A DNA stretch of 64,000 bases from Ignavibacteriales bacterium (GCA_016193365.1 JACPSI010000042.1:25126-89125); one strand, 5' to 3'. Positions 41,818 to 50,849 are shown, counted from the first letter of the stretch. Notes: a model not told the origin generated them from the sequence alone. A program made the numbers and translations.

Positions 41818-44688
41818 TCAATGTGGAGAAGCGGCTCTCGTATTCTCACGTACGAGCGCATTCAACACCGCATCATGCACTCTCGGCCTCACGTCGAAAA
41901 TCTTGGTGCTTGCCCGGGACGGATGTACGCGATTCGTCAGAAAAACGATGATGACCTTTTTTTCCGGATCCACGACAACGGACGTCCCCGTAAAACCTGT
42001 GTGTAAGAATGTTTTCGTTGAGGTCAGCGTTCCGGAAAACGAGCGGTCTGAACTCTTCGTGTCCCATCCGATAGCTCGGCTGCTTTTGTCTGACTGGCGT
42101 GTTGTGAATTGTTTCACGGTTTCTTCTTTGATAAAACGCCTTCCTCCGTACGTACCGCCATTGAGAAGCATTTGAAGCATGATGGAAAGATCGGAGGTTG
42201 TCGAAAATAACCCCGCATGACCCGACACTCCTCCAAGTACTGCTGCATTTTCGTCGTGCACACGGCCGCGCACGGCAATACCGGTACGTTGCCAGAACGT
42301 GTCAACTTCCGTCGGAACGATGCGATCCCAGAGATCCGACGCAGGGTTGTACATGGTGTTTCGCATGCCGAGTGGCTTGAAGAACACCGAGTCGACATAT
42401 TTGTCCAGCCCGACTCCAGTGATTTTCTCTATGAGCTTTCCAATCGTGATCAAACCAAGGTCGCTGTAAATCGTGGAATCTCCCGTTTTGTAAACAAGCG
42501 GAGAAGCGAAGACGGAATCGAGGACGCATTGAGGAGTTGTGCAGAAATCGTAAAATCTCCGCCAGGCCGGAAGCCCGCTGTTATGAACCATGAGATTGTA
42601 CACAGTGAGTTTTTCTTTTCCCCGTTGTCCGAATTGTGGAAGGTGATTTACAATCGGGTCGTTTAAACTCAATTTGCCGTCATCAACCAGTCGCATGATT
42701 GCACTCGTTGTCGAGATGACTTTTGTCACCGAAGCGAGGTCGTAGATCGTATTTTCATGGACGGATTTCGAGTAAACGGCGTAGTCGAAAAACCCGTACC
42801 CTTTGTTGTACACGACGATACCATCTTTCGCAACGAGCAAGACGGCTCCGGGAAAGGCAGAATCCTTTGCGGCGGAATTTATCACGTCATCAACCAGTTT
42901 TAGTTTCTGCGAATTAAACCCCGCCTCTTCCGGAAGACCATCCCGTAACGTGAGCTTTGGATATTCTATGCCTTCACCAAATTTGTAAAGTTCCGGAATC
43001 GTAATCGGCAGTTTTCCTTTTGCCGGTTCTTCAGCAAAAATCACTTCGGCTGCCGCTTGCTGCATGCATTCAGCATCGGAGTAGGTGCAGATGTATGCGT
43101 CGAACGGCGGGAGGTCCATCGCCACGTAGGGATTCCCCCACGCAATGCCGACCATCGGCTTGCCAAGCGTTGAAAGATTCTTTACCAGCGCAACCTGATT
43201 GCTGTCGACAAAACCCGTCAACTCTCCCGAGCGCGTGTAGAGGTGAAGCTGAACCAGCAACATGTCTGCGCGCCTTGCTTTTGCCATTGTCGAATCATGG
43301 TCGAGCTGGTTGCTGTTGGGGCCTATTCTGGACCATCCCATTCTCCCGCGTCTCTGCTGCATCATGAAATGGAACGACCGGCCGTCAGAAAGATCTTCCG
43401 AGTCGGAGATAACGACGTCGAGGATTTTTGACGAATCGACCTTAGATAACGGGAGGATGTTCTTCTGATTACCCAACACCGTGACAGCATTACGGGCGAT
43501 TTCGAGTGCAAGTCGTTGATGTTCAGGAGCGCCAACAGCCTCCGCAACTTTGTCGACGTCGACAAAACGGTTAACGTTGAGGCTCATTCGCTCTTTGACA
43601 GTCAGGAGCTTTCGGACAGAATGGTCTATGCGTTCCACAGAAATCTCGCCTCTCTTGACTGCCGCAACGATCGCGTCAATGGCGATATCCACATCGACCG
43701 GCATCAGGACGATATCTGCGCCCGCTTTTACAGAAAGAACGGCGGCTTCGCCCGGAAGATATTTCTCTGAAACTCCTCTCATTTGAAGTGCGTCGGTGAC
43801 GATAAGGTCCGCAAATTGCAATTCACCTTGAAGAAGCGTTGTCGAGACGTTATGCGAGACTGTTGCAGGAATTCCGACAACGGTGTCATACGCCGGAACC
43901 GACGGATGGCCGACCATGACAGAAAGTGCTCCAGCTTGAATTGCTTCTTTGAACGGAGGAAGCTCGACCGACTGTAATCGTTCTTTGGTTAGGTTCAGGA
44001 CAGAGAGGCCAACGTGCGTGTCAATATCCGTATCGCCATGGCCGGGAAAATGCTTGATCGTTGCTATCATGCCGCCGTCTTGCGTGCCTTTGACGAAGGC
44101 GATGCCCATGTCTGTCACGAGTTTCACGTCGTCACCAAACGCGCGGGTATTAATGACAGGGTTTCTTGCGTTGTTGTTGACGTCTAAAACTGGAGCATAG
44201 TTTTGATGTATGCCAAGTGCCCGGCCTTCAAGCGCCGTTATTCTTCCCAGTTCGTATGCGTATTTTGGATTGTGCGTAGCTCCGATCGCCATTGCGCGAG
44301 GGAACATTGTGGAGTGTCGCACTCTCATGGCCACGCCGTATTCGAAGTCTCCCGCGATCAGAAGAGGAACGTCTGCCAGCTTTTGGAGTTTATTGATCTG
44401 CACTGCGTATTCGTAAACATCGCCGATGGAGAACACAAAATTGCCGATTTTGCGTTTGACTGCGAGGCGCTCCAATTCCTGCCAATGGTCGGAGTTTGCT
44501 GGATAATAGCGTCCCAGAGTCCAGAAGCAGATCAGCTGAGAGACTTTTTCTTCAAGTGTCAGGCGCTTCAGCGTCGATTCCACCCAGGCAGACGACGTTT
44601 GTCGGGTTTGGGAAGACTTGGGAACCGAACCGGCGCAACCGAGCAGAAGGAGTCCGATGGCTGCACAGAGGGTGACGAATTTTTTCAT
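41818..44688 (-). CDS. Bifunctional lipoprotein: glycoside hydrolase family 3 (NagZ-like) N-terminal domain fused to a class-C beta-lactamase/serine-hydrolase domain
   Basis: 956 aa. Lipoprotein signal (LLLGCAGS), GH3 region (AGDFEYGVAMRV..., KHFPGHGDTDIDTH), then S-x-x-K (ASVTK) and a YSD-like motif for the beta-lactamase fold. Confidence 0.85.
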   Translation of the reverse strand: MKKFVTLCAAIGLLLLGCAGSVPKSSQTRQTSSAWVESTLKRLTLEEKVSQLICFWTLGRYYPANSDHWQELERLAVKRKIGNFVFSIGDVYEYAVQINKLQKLADVPLLIAGDFEYGVAMRVRHSTMFPRAMAIGATHNPKYAYELGRITALEGRALGIHQNYAPVLDVNNNARNPVINTRAFGDDVKLVTDMGIAFVKGTQDGGMIATIKHFPGHGDTDIDTHVGLSVLNLTKERLQSVELPPFKEAIQAGALSVMVGHPSVPAYDTVVGIPATVSHNVSTTLLQGELQFADLIVTDALQMRGVSEKYLPGEAAVLSVKAGADIVLMPVDVDIAIDAIVAAVKRGEISVERIDHSVRKLLTVKERMSLNVNRFVDVDKVAEAVGAPEHQRLALEIARNAVTVLGNQKNILPLSKVDSSKILDVVISDSEDLSDGRSFHFMMQQRRGRMGWSRIGPNSNQLDHDSTMAKARRADMLLVQLHLYTRSGELTGFVDSNQVALVKNLSTLGKPMVGIAWGNPYVAMDLPPFDAYICTYSDAECMQQAAAEVIFAEEPAKGKLPITIPELYKFGEGIEYPKLTLRDGLPEEAGFNSQKLKLVDDVINSAAKDSAFPGAVLLVAKDGIVVYNKGYGFFDYAVYSKSVHENTIYDLASVTKVISTTSAIMRLVDDGKLSLNDPIVNHLPQFGQRGKEKLTVYNLMVHNSGLPAWRRFYDFCTTPQCVLDSVFASPLVYKTGDSTIYSDLGLITIGKLIEKITGVGLDKYVDSVFFKPLGMRNTMYNPASDLWDRIVPTEVDTFWQRTGIAVRGRVHDENAAVLGGVSGHAGLFSTTSDLSIMLQMLLNGGTYGGRRFIKEETVKQFTTRQSDKSSRAIGWDTKSSDRSFSGTLTSTKTFLHTGFTGTSVVVDPEKKVIIVFLTNRVHPSRASTKIFDVRPRVHDAVLNALVRENTRAASPH

Positions 44689-44807
44689 GGAGTTGAGGTC
44701 GGAAGAATGAGAAAAACCAAGTCTAAGACAAGAAAAACCTACGAAAGTATGTGGGGAGAAACAACGGAAAAGAGTTATGCGAACGTTTCAAGGCCGCATA
44801 GACAAAA

Positions 44808-44839
44808 GCCGGTCCAGATGTTTGGACGGGCTTTTTTTT
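44808..44839. terminator. Hairpin + T8, terminator-like, downstream of the DUF4153 gene
   Basis: gccggtcc-agatgttt-ggacgggc followed by tttttttt on the plus strand. It reads hairpin + uuuug on the minus strand. Confidence 0.45.
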
Positions 44840-44845
44840 GAGCTT

Positions 44846-44912
44846 GTCATTGCGAGCGTTGTACAGCGAAGCAATCTCACCAGGACGACTCCGCGTCGAG
44901 CCTGTCAGATGT
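44846..44912. repeat. Copy A of a ~70-100 nt inverted-repeat element (homolog of 47832-47928)
   Basis: gtcattgcgagcg...agcgaagcaatctcaccagg...cgcgtcgagcctgtcagatg aligns segment-by-segment with gtcattctgag...agcgaagaatctgattccagg...cgctcgactcagaatgac at 47832. It overlaps the last codons of the DUF4153 gene. Confidence 0.45.
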
Positions 44913-46275
44913 ATCCGAACACAGGCGGAAAGACGATAACGACGATGGCAGCCCACACGGCGTAGACGGGCAAGTAGTTCGTCTGCCATCGCTCAAGGTC
45001 CGTGAACGATCCACGTTCCCTCAAAAAGCGGATGTACAGAACGGCCGACCATGCGAGATTGACGAGGAGGATCACGTTAACCCCCAGAGCGGCCACTCGG
45101 TTAGGGGTGAAGCCGAACTCAGTAATGCGCGCGGAAATCGCCCACAGCGCTACCGCGTCGACCAACAACGCACTGACCACCAGCACCACCTGCATGACAT
45201 CGAAGGGGCCGGCAGGCATTCGGGCATCCCGCGCGGAAACGGAATAGAGCAGCAGGCCCAGGACGACAACCAGGAGAAGGTCAAAGGCGATGAGGACCTC
45301 GCGTTCGATGTCCAGGCCGCGCCCGGTCCAGATCAAAGTCGCTAAGAATGTGACCAGCAGCGCGGCGAAGAAGGGGGTGAAGAGTCGCGTCAACACGGGA
45401 GCCATGTTTTCGATCACGCTCTGCTTTGCCTCCACCAGCCAGGAAGCGACGAGGACGGCCCCGGCAGCCCCGCACGGGATCAGCCACGATTGGATGAACC
45501 ACTCGGCGTCGATGCCGATGGTTTTGAACATCATCATGAGGAACGCGGTGAGCACACCGCCCCCGAGCGCGATCAGGACGTAGTAGATGAACAGCTCGCC
45601 GGAGAATCGAATGAAGTCCATGCGGCCGGCGACCTCATTCCATCGGCTTCCTGCGTATGCAACACCGACTGCGACCCAGAGGGCGATCGGCAAGTGCAGT
45701 GCTGTCAGTGACTCAGTGGAGCCGGGCGACGCGAAGGGATAAACGTTGGCGAACACACCCGCGGCGACGATCGGCGCCGCCAACCACGGAACCGTCTTGG
45801 CGCCGAGCCGGCGCTTCCAGATGAAATAACCGGTCAGGAGCGGCAGTACGAAGAGACTCAGGTTGCGTGCATAGAAGCTCTCATTCTCCTTAAGGTCCAT
45901 CCCGAAAAGTTCGGGCAGCTTGATAAGCATGGCCGCAGCGACCGCAAGAAAAAAGGCGACGAATGCATCCGACCGCACTCCTGCTCCCTGCTCCCTCGAA
46001 TCCGACGGAAGAACGACGAGCTGTTTCCAGAGGCGGTCTGAGTGCTCGCGCGCGAACTCGCGTGAGAGGGCATCGAGCGCCCCCATGCGTTTCACCGCCA
46101 CAAGAAACGCCTCATCAGGGACGAGTCCCGCGTTCATGAGTCCCGCGATCTGTTCGCGCAGATGGTCTTCCAGCTCCGCCACATCAACAGAATGGATCGC
46201 CTGCCGGCGAAGGAGATAGCTCCGCCACTGGTCGATCTGCTCCTCGAGCGTTACTGTATTCGCTGGTGTCGTCAT
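44905..46275 (-). CDS. DUF4153 domain polytopic membrane protein
   Basis: 456 aa with about 10 TM helices and a cytoplasmic N-terminal region. It is markedly GC-richer than its neighbours and immediately downstream of a PadR regulator. Confidence 0.68.
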   Translation of the reverse strand: MTTPANTVTLEEQIDQWRSYLLRRQAIHSVDVAELEDHLREQIAGLMNAGLVPDEAFLVAVKRMGALDALSREFAREHSDRLWKQLVVLPSDSREQGAGVRSDAFVAFFLAVAAAMLIKLPELFGMDLKENESFYARNLSLFVLPLLTGYFIWKRRLGAKTVPWLAAPIVAAGVFANVYPFASPGSTESLTALHLPIALWVAVGVAYAGSRWNEVAGRMDFIRFSGELFIYYVLIALGGGVLTAFLMMMFKTIGIDAEWFIQSWLIPCGAAGAVLVASWLVEAKQSVIENMAPVLTRLFTPFFAALLVTFLATLIWTGRGLDIEREVLIAFDLLLVVVLGLLLYSVSARDARMPAGPFDVMQVVLVVSALLVDAVALWAISARITEFGFTPNRVAALGVNVILLVNLAWSAVLYIRFLRERGSFTDLERWQTNYLPVYAVWAAIVVIVFPPVFGYI

Positions 46276-46278
46276 AGC

Positions 46279-46674
46279 TCAGGCTCCTTGTGGAAGTGGT
46301 GTTGCAAACGCCGCGGTGCCAACCGGAATGAAAATGGAGAGCGCTTTCCAGATGCCGCGCAGCGTCGCGTCAACGGCCTGCCACTGCCGCCGTTCATCGG
46401 TGAGATGCGCCTTGCCCCTGGACGTGATGCGGTAGTACTTGCGACGGCGGCCGCTCCCCGCGACCTCCCATCGCGCCTCGACGTAGCCGAGTCGCTCGAG
46501 CCGATGGAGAACGGGATAGAGCATCCCGTCCGTCCACTCCATACGACCTCCGGACAGTTCTTGAACTCGCTTGATAATGGCGTAGCCGTAGCTGTCCTTT
46601 TTGGCCAGGATTGCCAAAACGATAGGGGTTGAGGAAGCGGCTATCAGGTCCTTGTTGAAGTCCATGGTTTCCAT
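46279..46674 (-). CDS. PadR-family transcriptional regulator
   Basis: Winged helix (ILAILAKKDSYGYAIIKRVQELSGGRMEWTDGMLYPVLHRLERLGYVEARWE). The start was chosen at METMDF..., because the longer ORF to 46755 adds a hydrophobic non-PadR leader. Candidate operator ACATA-N11-TATGT at 46721-46743 upstream. Confidence 0.8.
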   Translation of the reverse strand: METMDFNKDLIAASSTPIVLAILAKKDSYGYAIIKRVQELSGGRMEWTDGMLYPVLHRLERLGYVEARWEVAGSGRRRKYYRITSRGKAHLTDERRQWQAVDATLRGIWKALSIFIPVGTAAFATPLPQGA

Positions 46675-46929
46675 GCGTCGCGCTGGGTTAGTGAATTCGT
46701 GCGATTCTGCATGAGGCAATATACATAGAAGTGTTAGGTATGTCAAGCCTTGCATGTTTTTTTCTTGAGAACTCCGAAGTGACAGTTAGAGACGATGAGC
46801 TCGACAGGTATTTCGAGGCGGTACTAGGAGAGAGATTGGGAGATTGCCGAAGCCTACGTTCAGTATTGTTGCATCGGGATCCATTGGCACGTTGTTATGA
46901 AAGAAGGTGTGGAGAAGCCTTGTCGGGGT

Positions 46930-47634
46930 TCATTTACTTGACATCCACTGGTGTGTCATTCGAGCTAGATCACTCAGGACATCCCCATCCGTTTTTCCCG
47001 AGCTTTTCAGCACATGAAACGAATGGTCCGCGCCGTCGATAACATGTAGCGTTGCGAATTTTCCCAGTTTGTCCACTACAGGCTTCAACAGCGACATCTC
47101 CGCAAAATCGTCTCTCGTGCCCTGCAGAAACAACATCGGCACCGTAACTCTTGAGAGATGTTCTGCCCGCTCAATCGAAGGCTTGCCAGGCGGGTGCAGA
47201 GGGAATCCGAGGAAAACGATTCCACGCACATGAGGCAGCGGCTCCTCAGCTGCGGCGCTTGAGGTCATCCTTCCGCCAAAAGATTTCCCTCCTGCAAACA
47301 ACGGAAGTCCCGGTGCCAGCTTTGCCGCTGTTTCAACAGCTGAGCGAACTGTCGCATAAATAACCGGTTTTGGATCGGGACGTTTGCCTCCCTGCTCCAT
47401 GTAAGGAAACTGGTAACGGAATGTGCCGATTCCATGTTCTGCCAGTTTATGTGATATGGCCTCGAGGAATTTCTGCCGCATACCGGCTCCCGCGCCGTGC
47501 GCGAGGACGAGAAGGGCCTTGGCGTTGTCGGGGAGCATGAGGATTGCGCTGACGGTGCCAACAGATTTGGAGGCAATAAAAGACGTGTTGGTGATTTCAG
47601 TTGAAAGCATGTCGGAAAGTAAGAAGAAATCCAA
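46930..47634 (-). CDS. Alpha/beta-hydrolase-fold protein (COG3571/KANL3-like predicted hydrolase)
   Basis: 234 aa. LLVLAHGAGAGM, nucleophile-elbow-like GGKSFGG, and a C-terminal DH motif. Confidence 0.72.
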   Translation of the reverse strand: MDFFLLSDMLSTEITNTSFIASKSVGTVSAILMLPDNAKALLVLAHGAGAGMRQKFLEAISHKLAEHGIGTFRYQFPYMEQGGKRPDPKPVIYATVRSAVETAAKLAPGLPLFAGGKSFGGRMTSSAAAEEPLPHVRGIVFLGFPLHPPGKPSIERAEHLSRVTVPMLFLQGTRDDFAEMSLLKPVVDKLGKFATLHVIDGADHSFHVLKSSGKTDGDVLSDLARMTHQWMSSK

Positions 47635-47669
47635 CGAAGTCGAAGATGAGTAATTGACACACCCCTACA

Positions 47670-47779
47670 CCCCTCTCTCAACGCTCATTCCCACACACGA
47701 GAGGGGACTTTTTAGAGCTAAGGAAAAACGAGCGTAGGAATTCCCCTCTGTGTGATGGAATGTGTACAGGAGAGAGGGG
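47670..47779. repeat. Pair of ~37-bp hairpin-forming units in mutually inverted orientation
   Basis: cccctctctcaacgctcattcccacacacgagagggg (47670-47706) and cccctctgtgtgatggaatgtgtacaggagagagggg (47743-47779). The reverse complement of the second aligns with the first. Each has 7-8 bp terminal stems, cccctctc/gagagggg. Confidence 0.45.
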
Positions 47780-47831
47780 ATAAAGGGGTGTGTGCTTTGT
47801 CTTCACCCCGAAATCTCGGTGCAACTAGATT

Positions 47832-47928
47832 GTCATTCTGAGAGAAGCCCCGAAGGGGCGGAGCGAAGAATCTGATTCCAGGTATTAATCAGATTCTTCG
47901 TCTCGCATAAGCGCTCGACTCAGAATGA
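47832..47928. repeat. Copy B: ~97-nt element with 11-bp terminal inverted repeats enclosing two internal hairpins (candidate MITE/REP-like element or structured RNA)
   Basis: gtcattctgag ... ctcagaatgac terminal inverted repeats. Internal hairpins are gccccgaaggggc and cgaagaatctgatt-N-aatcagattcttcg. It is homologous to 44846-44912. Confidence 0.5.
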
Positions 47929-48017
47929 CATACTATTTGTGCACCTCGATTAAAGTCCCGCGGAATATGCTCCACGCACAAACCCGTCGATTTCGACCCC
48001 GCCCCACATCCGCGATC

Positions 48018-48212
48018 TTACTTGCCTTTGCTCAACCAAAGCGAAAGAAAAAGACGATTCATCCCGAGCGGAGACGAGGGATGGTTTTCGTTAAACTCGT
48101 TTAGCCGCATCAGCATTGCGCTGACGTTTCCGGAGGATTTGGAGGCGAGGAAGGTCGTGTTTGTTATTTTGGGTGATGACATGGTTGTTCTCTGTCCGTA
48201 GGGACACGGCAT
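48018..48212 (-). pseudogene. Decayed N-terminal fragment of an alpha/beta-hydrolase paralog
   Basis: The 64-aa ORF MPCPYGQRTTMSSPKITNTTFLASKSSGNVSAMLMRLNEFNENHPSSPLGMNRLFL aligns with the N-terminus of the 46930-47634 hydrolase (MLSTEITNTSFIASKSVGTVSAILMLPDNAKALLVLAHGAGAGMRQKFL), then stops. Confidence 0.5.
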
Positions 48213-48225
48213 GCCGTGTCCCTAC
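48198..48225. promoter_or_regulatory. 28-bp perfect palindrome upstream of ligD (candidate operator)
   Basis: gtagggacacggcatgccgtgtccctac is a perfect two-fold symmetric site 74 nt upstream of the chosen ligD start. No U-tract follows on either strand. Confidence 0.45.
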
Positions 48226-48298
48226 AAAGCGTAACCCCACAATAACAAACAATTCCAACAAAGCAAATCGGCGCCATTCTCATTATATTTGCAATCCA

Positions 48299-50623
48299 AT
48301 GGCGCGCACATCCCAATACGTCAAGGTTGGCAAACGAACTGTCGAACTCTCGAATCTCAAAAAAATCCTCTTTGCGGATGACGAGATCCTGAAGGCTGAG
48401 TTAATCCAGTTTTACCTCAAACTGGCTCCTACCATCCTCGCACATATCAAAGGCCGTCCCCTTTCCGTAGTCCGCTATCCGGATGGTGTCGGCGGGGATT
48501 CGTTTTTCCAAAAAAACCGTCCCGACTGGGCTCCTGCCTGGATGGACCATGCCGAGTTGGGCGACAAGGAAAAAGGCAAAACCATCGACTACATGATTGC
48601 CACCGAGGAGGCCTCGCTAGTCTTTCTGGCAAACCTTGCATGCATTGAACTGCACCAGATGCATTCGCGATCGCCGAATTTCGACAAGCCGGATTATTTT
48701 GTTGTCGATCTCGACCCGCCGGAGAGTTTTCCGTTTTCCAAAATCGTCGGCATCGCGTTCGAATTCAAGGAACACCTCGAATCGTTCGGCTATCATCCAT
48801 TTGTGAAAACGACGGGTAAGAAGGGGCTGCATATCGTCTCGCCGCTCGAACCTAAGTGGAGTTTCGACGAGGTCTTTGAAGCAGCAAAAGCCATCGCCCA
48901 GCCGTTCGTCGACAGCCACAAATCGACAACGACGCTGCACATCAAAAAAGAGTACCGCAAGGACAAGATGCTGATCGACATCTACCGCAACCGCACGTTT
49001 CAAACAATCATTTCTCCGTATAGTGTACGCGGAAGCAGAGGAGCTCCGGTTTCGACTCCATTGAATTGGGAAGAACTCGAACATTTGAAATCGCCAGCCG
49101 AGTTGAATCTGGAAACCGTTCCCGAACGAGTCATTGCAAATGGGGACCCGTGGGAAGCTATCGGCGCTTATGCAACCAGTTTGCACACCGACCGCAAATC
49201 CAAACGGCCAAAACCTCTTGAAAAAGAGAAAGCTGTCGAGTCTCTCAAAACATATGACAAGAAAAGGAGCTTTAACAAGACGCCCGAACCCGGCCCAAAA
49301 GTTCCCGCGGGAAAGGGCAACTCTTTTGTTGTGCATCGTCACCACGCATCGCGACTTCATTACGATTTGCGGCTGGAAAAAGGAGGCACACTGAAATCGT
49401 GGGCTGTCCCCAAAGGACTCCCGCCGCGTCCGGGCATTAAACGGCTTGCCGTCAACGTGGAAGACCATCCTATGGATTATCTCACCTTCGAAGGAAAGAT
49501 TCCGAAAGGCGAATACGGCGGAGGTGACGTGTGGGTGTTTGCGCTGGGCAAATATGTCATTACAAAAGAAAAGAAAGACGGATTCTATTTTCGACTTCAG
49601 AGCAAAGAGATCAACGCGGAGTATCGCACATTCCCGACGGACGGCAAGAACTGGCTGCTGGAACGACTCGACAACCCGCAAATCGATTTTCTGAGAGACA
49701 ATGTTGAGTATATGCTTTCAGAAAGCCGCGAAAAGGTGCCTACTTCAGGCGATTATCTTTATGAAGTGAAGTGGGACGGAATTCGCGCAATGATCTCGCT
49801 GGATGAAGGAGTCGTGAAAATCCGCAGCCGCAATAACAAAGACATCACCAAGAGTTTTCCCGAATTGCTCATCCCCGACAAAGCATTCCGTGCGACCAAT
49901 GCGCTTATCGATTGCGAAATAGTTTGCCTGGATAAGTCGGGAAAACCCGTGTTTAAAGATGTCATCAACCGCATGCACCAAACGACTGAAGGAGCGATTG
50001 CCCGCGCGAGAGCAAAATTCCCCGCAGTCTGTTATGTTTTCGACTGCCTCTATCTCGACGGCCGCGCTATTGTGAACGAACCGCTCACACGGCGGCGTGT
50101 CTGGCTTAAGGATGTCGTTCGCCCGGATACGCCGTATCGAGTCAGCGAGGTCGTTGAAGAAGGCGAGGATCTTTTTGAGGCTGCAAAGCAAATGGGGCTT
50201 GAAGGGATCATGGCAAAAGAGAGGAACAGTCAGTACGTCGTCGGCAAGCGCAGCTCTTACTGGCTGAAAGTCAAAACCAGGCAAACGGCGGATTGCGTGA
50301 TCATCGGCTACACGAAAGGGAAAGGAAGCCGCGACTCTGCTTTTGGTGCGCTCCACCTTGCTCAGAAGAAGGACGGCGACCTTGTGTACGTCGGCAAGGT
50401 CGGTACCGGCTTCGATGACCGGATGTTGAAATCGATTTACCTGGAGCTCAAAAAGTTTCGGAAAATCAAAAAACCCATCAAGCAAAAAACCCTCGACGAT
50501 GTTGCGACCATCTGGATCGAACCAAAGCTGTTTTGTGAAGTCCAATACGCCTCCCTGACCAAAGACAAGATGCTTCGCGAGCCTGTGTTTTTGAGGTTGC
50601 GGCCGGATTTGTCCAACGAGTGA
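48299..50623 (+). CDS. ligD: ATP-dependent DNA ligase LigD, three-domain (polymerase/primase - phosphoesterase - ligase)
   Basis: Pol domain (FFQKNRPDW, VVDLDPPE, KTTGKKGLHIV), PE domain (FVVHRHHASRLHYDLRLE), and ligase domain (EVKWDGIR KxDG motif, then OB fold). The start was chosen at MARTSQYVKV (ATG 48299). The longest ORF from 48161 uses an alternative start and overlaps the palindrome. Confidence 0.9.
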   Translation: MARTSQYVKVGKRTVELSNLKKILFADDEILKAELIQFYLKLAPTILAHIKGRPLSVVRYPDGVGGDSFFQKNRPDWAPAWMDHAELGDKEKGKTIDYMIATEEASLVFLANLACIELHQMHSRSPNFDKPDYFVVDLDPPESFPFSKIVGIAFEFKEHLESFGYHPFVKTTGKKGLHIVSPLEPKWSFDEVFEAAKAIAQPFVDSHKSTTTLHIKKEYRKDKMLIDIYRNRTFQTIISPYSVRGSRGAPVSTPLNWEELEHLKSPAELNLETVPERVIANGDPWEAIGAYATSLHTDRKSKRPKPLEKEKAVESLKTYDKKRSFNKTPEPGPKVPAGKGNSFVVHRHHASRLHYDLRLEKGGTLKSWAVPKGLPPRPGIKRLAVNVEDHPMDYLTFEGKIPKGEYGGGDVWVFALGKYVITKEKKDGFYFRLQSKEINAEYRTFPTDGKNWLLERLDNPQIDFLRDNVEYMLSESREKVPTSGDYLYEVKWDGIRAMISLDEGVVKIRSRNNKDITKSFPELLIPDKAFRATNALIDCEIVCLDKSGKPVFKDVINRMHQTTEGAIARARAKFPAVCYVFDCLYLDGRAIVNEPLTRRRVWLKDVVRPDTPYRVSEVVEEGEDLFEAAKQMGLEGIMAKERNSQYVVGKRSSYWLKVKTRQTADCVIIGYTKGKGSRDSAFGALHLAQKKDGDLVYVGKVGTGFDDRMLKSIYLELKKFRKIKKPIKQKTLDDVATIWIEPKLFCEVQYASLTKDKMLREPVFLRLRPDLSNE

Positions 50624-50820
50624 ATAACGGACACAGAACTCGGTGTGAGGGCGATGGTAATTCCTAGTAGAACTCACCCCTCGAGTAAAAAGCAAGTAAA
50701 TGAACCCTCTCCTAAAGCTCTGAAAAAACTTGGTGAGGAGAAGGGAGTCGCAGTAACTTTTGACCAGTTGTGCAATTTCAAAAGTTGTTGAATTCAAATC
50801 ATTTTCACAACCCCAGCGGT

Positions 50821-50849
50821 GGCGGGAATACTTCCCGCCCTACATTTTG
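50821..50849 (+). terminator. Possible terminator after ligD
   Basis: ggcgggaa-tac-ttcccgcc hairpin followed by a weak T run, ctacatttt. It lies in a 330-nt ligD-permease spacer. Confidence 0.35.

Noticed and set aside
48617-50797. Two long minus-strand ORFs (48617..49681, 49745..50797)
   Set aside because: Both lie antisense within ligD, whose three domains are unambiguous.
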